Counted from the stretch's first letter, positions 11,535 through 22,106 are shown. The stretch is 64,000 bases of DNA from Nitrospirota bacterium (GCA_963710375.1 CAVPZX010000003.1:256001-320000); one strand, 5' to 3'. The notes: a model not told the origin generated them from the letters alone. Numbers and translations: made by a program.

Positions 11535-12542
11535 ATGTCAAAATTACTGAAAGAGCGCAGGGAAGAACTGGGGAAAGAACTTCGGACTATTGCTGAAGTG
11601 ACCCGCATAAAAGGCGCCTATCTCAGGTCAATAGAAGAGGAAGAGTTCGATAAGCTTCCAGTTGAGGTTTATACAAGGGGATACATTAGAGAATATGCTG
11701 AATTTCTTGGTATCCCTGTGGACATCGCAATCGAGCCTTACGAAAAATATCTTCGGGAGAATAAGGCAGGTAAAGAAAAAGAGACTTATAACGGAAAAAC
11801 AGTGGCTACTTTTACAAGGGAGGTAGCTGAAAGCCTTGATGCTTTTAAAGTCCAAGGCGATATGGAAGATGTGGACATGCTGCTCGTACCTGAGGGTGCT
11901 TTCAGTCGCTCTCGCAAGACGTTCCCTTTCAAAATCTTATGGATTGTTCTTGCTGTCGCTATTGCGGCGGGCATATACTTTTTTTTGCCTGCAAGGAAAA
12001 ATACACCACCTGCAACACATGGGAATGAACAGACTGTGCAGGTCCCCTGGACGTCATCGCCGCCGTCATCCTGGAACCCACAACCTCCTATACAGTCACC
12101 GGAGCATGCTACCCATGTCCCGGAGATGAACAAATCACTGGAGAAACCTTCTGTACCAAAGGACGCAAAGGACAGGTTGGCATCAAAGCAGGAAAAGCCT
12201 CAATTGCAGGGTGAAAAGATCGCAACGGCTAAAAAGAAGCATATGCTCAATATTTATGCCACTGATAGAGTGTGGATAAGGGTTGTTATAGACGGCACTG
12301 AAAATAAGCAGATGCTTTTGTATAAGGGGGACAAGGTGAGTTTCGGGGCCAATGAGTCTCTCGTTCTTACTGTTGGAAATGCCGCAGGTGCAAAGATTAA
12401 CTTTGACGGTAAATCTTTTGAAGACCTCGGCGCCGAAGGTCAAGTGGTGAGATTTAACTTCCCTCATTCCACCTTACCACAGCCTGAACCCCCTTCGGAA
12501 CCTGTACCTTCCCTAGAAGCGCCCGAGACCTCTGAGCGCTGA
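11535..12542 (+). CDS. rodZ: RodZ-like HTH/TM/DUF4115 cell-shape protein
   Basis: N-terminal HTH (TRIKGAYLRSIEE...YTRGYIREYAEFLG), one TM helix, C-terminal VWIRV..DG...VGNAAG. Confidence 0.85.
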   Translation: MSKLLKERREELGKELRTIAEVTRIKGAYLRSIEEEEFDKLPVEVYTRGYIREYAEFLGIPVDIAIEPYEKYLRENKAGKEKETYNGKTVATFTREVAESLDAFKVQGDMEDVDMLLVPEGAFSRSRKTFPFKILWIVLAVAIAAGIYFFLPARKNTPPATHGNEQTVQVPWTSSPPSSWNPQPPIQSPEHATHVPEMNKSLEKPSVPKDAKDRLASKQEKPQLQGEKIATAKKKHMLNIYATDRVWIRVVIDGTENKQMLLYKGDKVSFGANESLVLTVGNAAGAKINFDGKSFEDLGAEGQVVRFNFPHSTLPQPEPPSEPVPSLEAPETSER

Positions 12543-12570
12543 TCATTCCATCATGTATCAACAGGATTAG

Positions 12571-14694
12571 TTGCCGATGATTACAAAAGAGTTCCTTGCA
12601 TCATCTTTCCGGGAAAAGGTCACCAGGCCGCTCAGATTCAATGATATCGTTTTATTGCTGGATCTCTCACCTTCTGAAAGACGCAAACTTAAACGGTTGC
12701 TGAGGGAAATGGTCGGTGAGGGGACTATTGTAAGGACGAGAAACGGACTTTACGGTCCTGCTGAAGAGATGAATCTTGCAACCGGGTATTTTGAGGCCCA
12801 CCGTGACGGATACGGATTCGTAATCTCTGAACAGCCCGGGGAGCGGGATATTTTTATCCCGGCACGGGCCACGCTCGGAGCGATGAACAATGACAGGGTC
12901 ATGGCCCGTATTGAGCAGCGGCATCGGCGCGAAGGCAGGATAATACGGGTACTTGAACGTTCTCATACAAGGATAGCCGGGACCTTCGAGGCAGGCAGAT
13001 CGGCGTCATACATAAAACCGAAGAACAGGTCAGTGCCGTTTGACCTGTATGTAGCACCGCGCGATGCAGGCAAAGCCATGAGTGGTGATAGTGTTATTGC
13101 CGAGATAATAAGCTATCCTACCGATAAACGCCCACCGGCCGGGCGTGTCGTTAAAGTCCTGAAAAAGCCCGAAACACCTTTGGATGAAGTCGAACTTATC
13201 ATTGATGAAATGAATCTGCCGCGAAGATTTCCTTCCGAAGTGCTTGAAGAGGCACATGCGCTTTATGAGCAGTCGCAGGAAGAACTTGATGGAAAATCAA
13301 AATCGCGGAGAAGGACCGATCTTCGCAATCTCCCGACAGTTACCATTGACGGGGAAAAGGCAAAGGATTTCGATGATGCGGTGTCCATAGAGAAAACAGA
13401 AGGCGGTTACCGCCTCTGGGTCCATATCGCGGATGTCGGGTATTATGTGCGGTGGGGCTCAATTATTGATCTGGAGGCCCGAAAGAGAGGGACGAGCGTA
13501 TACTTCCCGGACAGGGTCATCCCCATGCTCCCGCCGGAGCTGTCCGAAGACCTCTGCAGTCTGCGGCCGGCAGAAGACCGGCTTGCTTTTAGTGTTGAAA
13601 TGGAATTCGGGACACGGTCTGATGTCAGGTCTGTCCGGTTCTATCCAAGTCTTATCAGAAGCGACGAGCGGATGACTTACACATCCGTGAAGAAAATTCT
13701 CATTGATCATGACCCGGAAGAGCGCAGGCGCTATCATCATCTTATTGATAAATTCGAGCTCATGGGTGCACTGTGCAATGCGCTCAAAGAGAAGAGACTT
13801 AAACGTGGCAGCCTTGATTTTGATCTGCCTGAACCTGAGGTGCTCCTTGATATGCAGGGCAACCTCGAAGCGATAATAAAAACTGAGAGGAATTTCGCTC
13901 ACATGATCATAGAGGAGTTCATGATCGCGGCAAATGAGGCGGTCGCGGAGTATGTTGAAAGGCTTGATGTTCCGTTTCTTTACAGAGTGCATGAGGAACC
14001 CGACCCCTTGAAACTCGAAAACATTGTGAAAATGATGAATACCTTGGGCATAATCAGGAGCAATAAGGGATTAAAACCGCGTGATTTTCCTGCGCTGCTA
14101 AGACAAATAAGCGGTAAGCCGGAAGAGGAGATCCTTAACCATATGATTCTGAGAAGCCTAAAACAGGCACGCTATAGTCCTGTTAACGCGGGGCATTTCG
14201 GACTTGCCTCCGGCTCCTATACTCATTTCACTTCACCGATCCGAAGGTATCCGGACCTTGTTGTCCACAGGATTTTGAGGGCTGTGCTCCAAAAAAATCA
14301 GTTGAGCGACCGCCAGACGAAGGAACTCGGGTCGCTTTTGCCTGATGTTGCATTTACCTCATCCAAAACTGAGCGGCAGGCAGATGAGGCTGAGAGGGTT
14401 GTTTTGAAAGCCATGAGAGTGTGGCTTATGCGGGATAAGGTAGGCGATGAATTCGAGGGCACAATCATATCGGTAATGCCCCATGGTTTGAGGGTGCGGC
14501 TCAAAGATTATTATGTCGAAGGACTGCTCCACATTTCCTTCATGACCGATGACTTCTACCGGTACGATGAAAAGGAAATGAGCCTTTACGGTGTTCACAA
14601 AAAAACGAAATTGGGCCTTGGTAAAAGTCTGACAGTCAGAATTGACAAGATCGATATGCAAGAAAGAGAAATACTCTTCGGGTTAGTCTTATAG
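12571..14694 (+). CDS. rnr: Ribonuclease R
   Basis: TIDGEKAKDFDDA, HFTSPIRRYPDL, C-terminal S1 domain. Confidence 0.96.
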   Translation: MPMITKEFLASSFREKVTRPLRFNDIVLLLDLSPSERRKLKRLLREMVGEGTIVRTRNGLYGPAEEMNLATGYFEAHRDGYGFVISEQPGERDIFIPARATLGAMNNDRVMARIEQRHRREGRIIRVLERSHTRIAGTFEAGRSASYIKPKNRSVPFDLYVAPRDAGKAMSGDSVIAEIISYPTDKRPPAGRVVKVLKKPETPLDEVELIIDEMNLPRRFPSEVLEEAHALYEQSQEELDGKSKSRRRTDLRNLPTVTIDGEKAKDFDDAVSIEKTEGGYRLWVHIADVGYYVRWGSIIDLEARKRGTSVYFPDRVIPMLPPELSEDLCSLRPAEDRLAFSVEMEFGTRSDVRSVRFYPSLIRSDERMTYTSVKKILIDHDPEERRRYHHLIDKFELMGALCNALKEKRLKRGSLDFDLPEPEVLLDMQGNLEAIIKTERNFAHMIIEEFMIAANEAVAEYVERLDVPFLYRVHEEPDPLKLENIVKMMNTLGIIRSNKGLKPRDFPALLRQISGKPEEEILNHMILRSLKQARYSPVNAGHFGLASGSYTHFTSPIRRYPDLVVHRILRAVLQKNQLSDRQTKELGSLLPDVAFTSSKTERQADEAERVVLKAMRVWLMRDKVGDEFEGTIISVMPHGLRVRLKDYYVEGLLHISFMTDDFYRYDEKEMSLYGVHKKTKLGLGKSLTVRIDKIDMQEREILFGLVL

Positions 14695-14696
14695 CT

Positions 14697-14879
14697 ACAT
14701 TATTCATAAATTTATACAAGAAGCAGTCAGGCCACAGTGCTTCACTCATTCTCGCAAGGCATCCAGCCTTGCTCCGAGGCTATGACAGCCTGTGTCACCG
14801 TCCTTGGTGTCACTTAGGCTGTCAAAGTCCGCTCAGCACCATGTCCCGCCTGCTTCTTGTATAAATTTATGAATAATGT
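14697..14879. mobile_element. MITE-like palindromic element, family A, copy 1
   Basis: 30-bp perfect TIR acattattcataaatttatacaagaagcag; near-identical copy at 37710-37898; TAG on both flanks. Confidence 0.85.
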
Positions 14880-14886
14880 GGGTTAG

Positions 14887-15756
14887 ATGGAAATGACACA
14901 ATCATTAAAACATAAACTTGATAGGTTTTACAGTGACTACGACTTCCAGGGACGTATCGCGCATGATCCCATAGAGTTGCCGCATCAGTATACAAGACCT
15001 GAGGATATCGAAATAAGCGGCTTTATCGCCTCCTGCTTCGCTTATGGCAAAGTAACGCTGTTTAAGCCGGTGGTTAAAGCTCTTCTGAGCAGGATGGGTC
15101 CGAGTCCCAGCGACTTTCTTCTTCATTTTAATGTCAGCAGCCAGAGAGACCTCTTTGCCGGGTTGCGTTACCGTTTTAACAGGAACGATGATTTTATAGG
15201 TCTACTATATGTATTAAGCAGAGTTCTCAGGAAGTATGGCAGCCTGGAGTCTGCCTTTAAACAGCACTACAGAAAGAGTGATTCTTCTGTAGAAGGGGGG
15301 CTGGCCGGGCTTATCGATATTTTTTTGGGCCTGGATATGGCTGCAGTATATGGAAACGATATGAGAAGGGAAGGGCTGCTTCAATTTTTCCCTTCCCCTT
15401 CGCGCGGCAGCGCCTGCAAGCGAATGAATATGTTCTTGCGATGGATGATACGGGACCGTGATATCGATTTCGGAATATGGAAGGGAATTCCAAAAAATAA
15501 ACTTGTCATCCCTCTTGACGTGCATATCGCGCGCATTTCACGATGCCTGGGTTTCACCCGGAGGTCGGCACAGGATTGGAAAACTGCGGTAGAAATAACC
15601 GAATCTCTTAAAACGATGGACCCGGAAGATCCCCTCAAATATGATTTTGCCCTGTGTCACCAGGGTATAGCCGGGGTGTGCAGTTCCATGCACTGCGCTG
15701 AGTGTGCACTGTTTGGCAAGGCAGACAATGATGTGGGAAAAACAGGCAGAACATGA
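14887..15756 (+). CDS. TIGR02757/DUF2400 family protein (HhH-GPD-like)
   Basis: DPIELPH, SACKRMNMFLRWMIR, PLDVHIAR, DPLKYDFALCH. Confidence 0.85.
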   Translation: MEMTQSLKHKLDRFYSDYDFQGRIAHDPIELPHQYTRPEDIEISGFIASCFAYGKVTLFKPVVKALLSRMGPSPSDFLLHFNVSSQRDLFAGLRYRFNRNDDFIGLLYVLSRVLRKYGSLESAFKQHYRKSDSSVEGGLAGLIDIFLGLDMAAVYGNDMRREGLLQFFPSPSRGSACKRMNMFLRWMIRDRDIDFGIWKGIPKNKLVIPLDVHIARISRCLGFTRRSAQDWKTAVEITESLKTMDPEDPLKYDFALCHQGIAGVCSSMHCAECALFGKADNDVGKTGRT

Positions 15757-16091
15757 TATGGAAAATCACAAATAAGCAAACGCGCCTTTACCTGATTAGC
15801 GCTGTGATACTACTGTTTGGTTTGGGTAGTTCCGTCCTGATTTATCTGACAGCTGAGAATGATTCGGACAATGCTCTGGATTTTGAGAATTCCAAGATTT
15901 ATTTGCATGATCTGGAACTATATGGAGGAAAGGCGAATGTGCTTGCCCATGATTTCAGGACCTGGCTTGTCGGTTTATGGCATGGGAAATCCCTGGCATA
16001 CACAATAGCCTGCATTACCCTTGTTATATCATTTGGGATTTTCTTCGTTGCCAGGCACCTGCCGCCCGATTCGAAATCTGGCCACCGATGA
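15753..16091 (+). CDS. Small two-TM membrane protein
   Basis: 112 aa ORF with two hydrophobic segments; ATGA overlap with the upstream gene. Confidence 0.7.
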   Translation: MIWKITNKQTRLYLISAVILLFGLGSSVLIYLTAENDSDNALDFENSKIYLHDLELYGGKANVLAHDFRTWLVGLWHGKSLAYTIACITLVISFGIFFVARHLPPDSKSGHR

Positions 16092-16336
16092 ATGCGCTAA
16101 TAAAGCAAATTTTGCGCTGACCACCTGTTATGTGAAGCTACGTATAACACCTGACAGTCCACATATTTTCCTATTGATTAAAGCCGCGGATTACTGTTAG
16201 AAATATATAAAGTTGACAGAGGCGTAAATTTACGGTGGTGGAGCGGAAACAGAGGGAATTGGGATCCCCCTCCATCGAGCCAGCAATCACCAGCAAGCCG
16301 GTATCTGCCAGCTCATGTTAAACTATAGGAGACGCA

Positions 16337-17074
16337 ATGGAGACAACACTCAGCCCATATATTACGATTCAATATGATAATCCTGCTCACCAAGAAATGC
16401 TTGTAAAACATATGGCTGAGTCTACAAAAAAAGATGAGATGTTAAAGACATGGGAACATTTATTAGATTCTGATTCAAAGGAATGTAAAGTTCAGAAATA
16501 TTTAGAGCGTTTCCCATATTTTCTCCCAGGGCTTTATGATTATCACAATGGACCTCGCAGAGGTGTCATAATCTCTAAATTTCCTTTTGGCAATGATTAC
16601 GAATCAGACTTTGCATTCGTAACTCTTAATTCGATGATGTTACAATTTACCTTCGTTGAAATAGAGCGCCATAGGAAAAAGATATTTAATAGGAATTCAT
16701 CCTTCACCCAAGACTTTAATCATTCTCTGCAACAGATACGAGACTGGAAACTGTGGGGAGAGAAAAATATTGAAATTCTTTTATCTATGTGTGCAGATTT
16801 GTTTCAGGGTTATAACATAAAGAACGATCATAAGACAGTTCGATGTTATTTGGTGTATGGGCGGAGGGACGAAGTAGAATCCTCTCAGTTGAGAAAAGAA
16901 AAGTGGAGTACTGTTGCAATATCGAATGAGAAAAGTATTGTTGTATCGACATACGATCGCCTTACTGCGAATGTTGCTATTCTACCGACTGATCGTATAC
17001 AACATAATCTTGCAGTTTGTAGATACAAAAAGCGCGGTTTCTTTCTAATGGCAGATAGATTGAGAAATAACTAA
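16337..17074 (+). CDS. Shedu (SduA C-terminal / DUF4263)-like nuclease
   Basis: E..VQKYLE.FP, KFPFGNDYESDF, FVEIE, HSLQQIRDW, VYGRR and TYDRL pattern recognised by eye; AGGAG RBS; AT-rich. Confidence 0.7.
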   Translation: METTLSPYITIQYDNPAHQEMLVKHMAESTKKDEMLKTWEHLLDSDSKECKVQKYLERFPYFLPGLYDYHNGPRRGVIISKFPFGNDYESDFAFVTLNSMMLQFTFVEIERHRKKIFNRNSSFTQDFNHSLQQIRDWKLWGEKNIEILLSMCADLFQGYNIKNDHKTVRCYLVYGRRDEVESSQLRKEKWSTVAISNEKSIVVSTYDRLTANVAILPTDRIQHNLAVCRYKKRGFFLMADRLRNN

Positions 17075-17186
17075 CAAATCGCTTATTTGGACGTCTTCAT
17101 GGGAGGTGTGATGTGTGCGGGATTTCAGGGAGAACTTCCTGAAGCCGCATCCTTCACTCATGATATAATTCCTCATTGGAGGCGGC

Positions 17187-17819
17187 ATGAACAAGATGAG
17201 GAGACCAATCGAATCTGCGGTTCTGGTGAGGCACAAGAGAATCAGTGCTCTGGAACCTATTTTCCTACAATGGATTAATATCAATCAAGAGTACTGTAAT
17301 ACCTATGTAGGCGAAGACTGTCCATACTGGTATAACGAGCGTGCGGCTATTAGTATCTTGGCTGGAGCAGTGTGGAAATCTGGCGCTTTAGCTTTAGAAG
17401 AATTTAACTCAAATAAGAAATATAAAAAATCTCATTATTCAGGCAGGGCCGATCTATGGTTTGCTTTTGATAAAAAAAGGCAGTATTTAATAGAGGCAAA
17501 ATATGATAGATTTTCGCTTTCTTCTAATTCCGGGAAAATGCTCGAAAAGAGAATTGCTGAAAATATTGATCTTGCATTTCATGATGCGAAGAAGTCTAAA
17601 GAAGATGCTTGCCTCTTGCTGGGTGTTGCGTTCATTGTGCCCTACATCTCCCCATCTGCTCAGGCTAATGAAAAACGGATGTTGGCTGATTTCTATAAGC
17701 TCATAAGAAACATGCCGAATGATTTCTTGACGCTATATGTCAACCCTCATGAGATGAAAGACGAAGAATATGGATATTCATACCCTTGCATTGCGATAGT
17801 AGGAGATGTGGTCTCATAA
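17187..17819 (+). CDS. Hypothetical protein with PD-(D/E)XK nuclease-like motif
   Basis: YWYNERA..SILAGA.W, GRADLW......IEAK; GGAGG RBS. Confidence 0.6.
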   Translation: MNKMRRPIESAVLVRHKRISALEPIFLQWININQEYCNTYVGEDCPYWYNERAAISILAGAVWKSGALALEEFNSNKKYKKSHYSGRADLWFAFDKKRQYLIEAKYDRFSLSSNSGKMLEKRIAENIDLAFHDAKKSKEDACLLLGVAFIVPYISPSAQANEKRMLADFYKLIRNMPNDFLTLYVNPHEMKDEEYGYSYPCIAIVGDVVS

Positions 17820-17850
17820 CGTGCCAAGGGGAAGCCTCTATAGGAGTAAG

Positions 17851-18445
17851 ATGTTTAAAAAGATTTGGGAACTGATAAGTAACAACAGACTGCTATCCGC
17901 TCTTATTGTTATGGCCATAGGTGGTTTTATCAAACTTTTCGGCCCGGGTTTATTTTCCTGGCTTACAAAGGTTCTTTCAGTTGAATACAAGAATCCTCTC
18001 TGGCTCCTTATACTGTTTCACTGCTTAGTCGCAGCTATATTATTCATCGTGCTTCTGTTGATCCTGCGCCGTCGTTATGCAACGAGACATAACCCCGAGC
18101 CTGACTACCAAGATGACTCCCGAGCCTGACTGGAAAAAATATACAGAAGACGATTTCATCGGTATGCACTGGTCGTGGAATTATTTCGGTGACAATAAAT
18201 ACCCTAATAATTTAAAGCCGCGATGTCTACAATGCCACTTCCCCCTTGAAAATATTTTTGCCCATGACGTAAAAGGCATCTTCATTTCTTTTTTTAAATG
18301 TCCTAATGAGCAATGTCAGTACGAATGCGACCCCTTTCAGGGCACGCAAGACAATCTGTTTGAGAAAGTAAGAAAACAAATAGATGGGAATATTTATACT
18401 GGCGCTTATAAGCAAAAAATCAAGAACCATAAGGAGGACAGTTGA
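17851..18445 (+). pseudogene. Two-TM protein with C-terminal Cys-cluster domain, split by a 25-bp insertion
   Basis: Both ORFs contain PEPD encoded by the 13-bp direct repeat cccgagcctgact (18094, 18119). Deleting 25 bp fuses them in frame (HNPEPDWKKY). CLQC and CPNEQC in the C-terminal part. Confidence 0.6.
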
Positions 18446-18661
18446 CGTCAGCCCTTGATGTTTGATAATTCGACCCTGCCAATTTTCAATAGAAACTATC
18501 AGTCTGGCTCGGTCTCACTCTACTACGCACTTCTGTAGAGGAAGTCATTCTGAAATGAACACCTCGGTCGATGGCATTTATCACCCGGCTACCAGCTTGT
18601 CTAAGTTAACAAAGTGAACACCGTCCCATCTGTACCTATAGCATGGATACGACCCTCTTAG

Positions 18662-18889
18662 CTATTTCCCTTGTGTGAATTTTTCAAATTGATGGTCCTG
18701 TCCGAAAAATAAACGTTCTTGTAATATGATGCAGTCTGCGAGATTCAGGACCCAAAAATAATCCGGTTTTAATCTCCTGGATTTAACAAAGAAACCAACT
18801 TCCTCACCGCTTTGGCAGGCAACAAAAGCATAATTATCACTATGGTCAATAACAAGAAAGCGTTCTGTTTTATCTTTGAATGATCCCAT
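18662..18889 (-). CDS. Small hypothetical protein
   Basis: 75 aa ORF with strong AAGGAGG RBS. Confidence 0.55.
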   Translation of the reverse strand: MGSFKDKTERFLVIDHSDNYAFVACQSGEEVGFFVKSRRLKPDYFWVLNLADCIILQERLFFGQDHQFEKFTQGK

Positions 18890-19220
18890 AAAACCTCCTT
18901 TTTGAAAGGAATTTTAAAGATATTCATTTTTAGCTTAAAACAGAAACCTTATTTAATCATATCATACTATGACGAGCACTTTACGTCTACTTAAAAGTAT
19001 TTTGCTGGTTCACTACCCGCGCTACAAAAATGAGAGAATGTCGGGAAAAGCATGCCTTATCTATTTCCTGTCCCGCAAAATAAAATAATCATGTTGCTTT
19101 TGTCGCTTATTAGTGTTATTAATAGGTGGGGTTTTTTAAGCCTCAATTAGGATCGCCGGTGACCGCGGGCATTTTGTCTTTGGTTTTTTTATTTCGTATC
19201 ATAAGGAGAATAATAGCACT

Positions 19221-19418
19221 ATGAAGGGAACAGTAAAGTGGTTTAATGACTCAAAGGGATTCGGATTTATTACAGCTGAAGATGGAAGCGATGTTTTTGT
19301 CCATCATACCTCTATCATGGGAGAGGGCTTCAAGTCGCTTGCCGAGGGTGATCAGGTGTCTTTCGATGTCGAAAAGGGCCCCAAAGGACCAAAGGCTATC
19401 AACGTAGTAAAACAATAG
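19221..19418 (+). CDS. Cold-shock protein (CspA family)
   Basis: [22 protein letters not shown] (RNP1/RNP2). Confidence 0.97.
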   Translation: MKGTVKWFNDSKGFGFITAEDGSDVFVHHTSIMGEGFKSLAEGDQVSFDVEKGPKGPKAINVVKQ

Positions 19419-19435
19419 AAGAATCGGAGAAGGCA

Positions 19436-19471
19436 GAAAATAAGGCGGGTCGGCCGGCCCGCCTTATTTTC
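19436..19471 (+). terminator. Intrinsic terminator after the csp gene
   Basis: gaaaataaggcgggtc-ggcc-ggcccgccttattttc hairpin with T-run. Confidence 0.8.
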
Positions 19472-19748
19472 AGGGCAAAAGGCTCTAGATCACATTGCAT
19501 CAACGATTATCCTGCATGGACTACCTTACTGAACAGACAAGAATAGTGCCAAATTCAACAATTATCATTTGAAACTATCATAGCAAACCGTCTGCTTGCC
19601 GGTCTCAGTTCCTGTGAGCTATACGATTTCTACTCGTAGTCTACTTTACAACTGTCTATAAAGGGAAGCTTAAGCTTACGATATGGTATCTAAGTTAATC
19701 CAGGAATGAATCTGAACTGACGCAATAATAATCGTGTATAATAATTTC

Positions 19749-20258
19749 ATGCCGAAAGGAAAAAGCCTGTACGAAGAACTGTTGACAGTTTTAAACCGCC
19801 AGAAGGTTAGATATTTAGTTGTCGGTGGAGTGGCTGTGAATTTGTATGGGATTGAGAGAATGACGGGCGATATCGATATTATCATTGAAATGTCCCCGGC
19901 TAACTTAGAGAGGTTCTTGGATGCCGCTCAGCTGCTTAAGCTAAAGCCCTCCATCCCGGTTAAGTACAAGGACATCACCCTAGAATCGATAGCTAAGTGG
20001 CGTCGGGAGAAGGACATGATCGCACTTCGTCTAATCCATTCCCAAAACCAGATGCTTATTCTTGACCTTGTGTTCGACGATACTGTTTCGTTTGAGGAGG
20101 CCTTCAGCCTACGAGAAACATTTCGTATCGGGCACATCTCGTTCCCTGTTATGTCTATCAACGACCTTATTAAGATGAAACAGGGAGTGGCAAGAGAACA
20201 GGATATCGCGGACGTGTATCATCTGAAACGCCGAAGGGAGGTTGATAGTGACAGGTAA
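19749..20258 (+). CDS. Nucleotidyltransferase-fold protein
   Basis: YLVVGGVAV..YG..R.T.DID, L..MK....R.QD..D motifs. Confidence 0.8.
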   Translation: MPKGKSLYEELLTVLNRQKVRYLVVGGVAVNLYGIERMTGDIDIIIEMSPANLERFLDAAQLLKLKPSIPVKYKDITLESIAKWRREKDMIALRLIHSQNQMLILDLVFDDTVSFEEAFSLRETFRIGHISFPVMSINDLIKMKQGVAREQDIADVYHLKRRREVDSDR

Positions 20259-20424
20259 GTTACTTATCTATTACCGTTCAGCAGAGCAAATAGCAAGCTA
20301 TCAGAAAGTCCCGGTCCGGACAAAATTTCTTATGCTTGAGGAGTCTGCTAAATTCTTCACAAAAGTTAAGCGAGCGCGGAAACAAAAATCCAGTCGAACA
20401 ATCTCACCATCCCGCAACAAATAA
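20242..20424 (+). CDS. Small basic protein overlapping the nucleotidyltransferase gene (possible partner)
   Basis: 60 aa ORF overlapping the 3' end of the NTase gene; GGGGAGG upstream. Confidence 0.45.
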   Translation: MIVTGKLLIYYRSAEQIASYQKVPVRTKFLMLEESAKFFTKVKRARKQKSSRTISPSRNK

Positions 20425-20659
20425 AAAATACCCGCAGGTGGACCGAAAGTCAACTGTGAGCATTTCCGGTTATATTCTATCGCACACATTTTTTATGCTC
20501 TTGGATGAAAAATCCCTTCAACATAATTAACTCCGGCATGGACTTCTCAAGAATAGGCTGGTATGAATAAATACTACCAATAGGTCGAGCCTGATGTCAA
20601 TTACGGGTTACATTTAATGGATGATTAACTGTTTGTCGTGCTACGTGGCATTTTCTTTG

Positions 20660-20705
20660 GTGATGATCACGACCGCTGATGAAACTTCAGCGGTCGGACC
20701 ATCAC
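20660..20705. terminator. Hairpin between convergent transcription units
   Basis: gtgatg..cgaccgctga-tgaaact-tcagcggtcg..catcac. Confidence 0.55.
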
Positions 20706-20741
20706 TAAATAAATAACTTCCCTTACCCCCAAACCACGCAG

Positions 20742-21323
20742 CTATTGCGGCGGCGCGTAGGGGGGCCCTGGTGGAGGAGGTGGAGGAGCCGGGTAGACCG
20801 GCTGTTCAGAGTTAAGATCGGGTGGTGGTGGAGGTGGAGGAGGTGGCATTCTTCTGACACGACTGGCCGGCGCCATCGCTCCTGGAACCTGGTTGCCCTT
20901 GGCATACATGCACTGCGTATAAGCTATATCGTACCGACGCTGTGCCTCCCAGCCATAAACCCGTCCTGCGTTTGCTCCTGAGGCGGTCCCTACAAGAAGA
21001 CCACTTCCTGCTCCTATGGCTGCGCCCGTGCCTGCATGGCCTGCGGCTGCTCCGATGGCTGCGCCCAAGCCGGCGCCGATGACCGTGCCGACGGCAGCCC
21101 CTGTGACGGTATTCTGATTGGCCGTTTGTTGAGGGGACTCTCCGATCTGCTGTGAAGCCCATTGCCTGCAGACGGCGTCATCAGCCTGAAATTGCTCGAA
21201 CGACTTTCCGGTGCCCGGCAGCACCGAAACGCTTGGACCTATAGGCACCGTCGCACATCCGCTGACCATCAATATAACCGGCAATATCAGAATGGAAAAG
21301 ATGTTAAGTATGCGTTTCATCAT
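20742..21323 (-). CDS. Glycine-zipper lipoprotein with proline-rich tail
   Basis: Lipobox VSGC, GAAVGTVIGAGLGAAIG zipper, YTQCMYAKG, poly-Pro C-terminus; GGAGG RBS. Confidence 0.85.
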   Translation of the reverse strand: MMKRILNIFSILILPVILMVSGCATVPIGPSVSVLPGTGKSFEQFQADDAVCRQWASQQIGESPQQTANQNTVTGAAVGTVIGAGLGAAIGAAAGHAGTGAAIGAGSGLLVGTASGANAGRVYGWEAQRRYDIAYTQCMYAKGNQVPGAMAPASRVRRMPPPPPPPPPDLNSEQPVYPAPPPPPPGPPYAPPQ

Positions 21324-21327
21324 TTCT

Positions 21328-21756
21328 TTACCTCCCCTGGTACGGTGGGGCCTGAGCTGGTTCCCCATGAGACTCATAGTCTGGTGGTGTTGAAGGCGGC
21401 GCAACCTTCATCCATCCGCCAGGACACTTTTTCACATAAGGGTAATAGCCCTGAGGATTGCCGCAGAAATACCAGTAGCTCTGTTCCTCTTGTTGAGGGG
21501 CCGGCTGGACATATTGCTGAGGCTGCTGCTGGACAACAACAGGTGGAGCCGCATAGTAAGGATTGTAGCCGCCATAGTACGGATAGTACGGAGGTCCCCA
21601 CAACCACGGATCCCAGCCCCATCCCGGGCCTATCCAAACGCCTCCTCTCCAACCGCCGCCCCAGTGGCCACGGTCCCATGCTTGCCCGGGCAGTGCGCTT
21701 GCTAAAAGCAGCGCAAAAACAACGAAGATAACAACAAAAATTTTTTTCATTTCCAC
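21328..21756 (-). CDS. Secreted Gly/Trp/Pro/Tyr-rich protein
   Basis: Signal peptide, WGGGW/PYY repeats, YWYFC..PQGYYPYV..CP.GW motif. Confidence 0.8.
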   Translation of the reverse strand: MEMKKIFVVIFVVFALLLASALPGQAWDRGHWGGGWRGGVWIGPGWGWDPWLWGPPYYPYYGGYNPYYAAPPVVVQQQPQQYVQPAPQQEEQSYWYFCGNPQGYYPYVKKCPGGWMKVAPPSTPPDYESHGEPAQAPPYQGR

Positions 21757-21925
21757 ACTCCTTTACGGTTTAGATATACTTGTTCATTACTATATGAGCA
21801 GATTCGTCCTCTCCTCTTAATTTTATAGTCGATAAACAAAAGCAGAAGGTTACACTAATAAAATCATGGCTGCTAACTCCTCCTAATTAAATTATTTCAT
21901 TAACTAAAGGTTCCGTCAACTTTTA

Positions 21926-22105
21926 GGGCTCGCGAATAAATAACTTGCACATTGATGCATCTCAGATTTAGGCCATCTTTGCCCGATCCTCAGTCGTAAA
22001 ATCCTCAACGTAGCTGTGCTACGCCTGCGGTTTTGCTCAGTCGGATCAGCCAAACCTGACCCAAGTCTGAGCGCCTGAATGCACAAGTTATTTATTCGCG
22101 AGCCC
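21926..22105. mobile_element. MITE-like palindromic element, family B, intergenic copy
   Basis: TIR gggctcgcgaataaataacttg; 180 bp; about 8 substitutions from the inverted copy at 46519-46698. Confidence 0.9.
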
Positions 22106-22106
22106 T

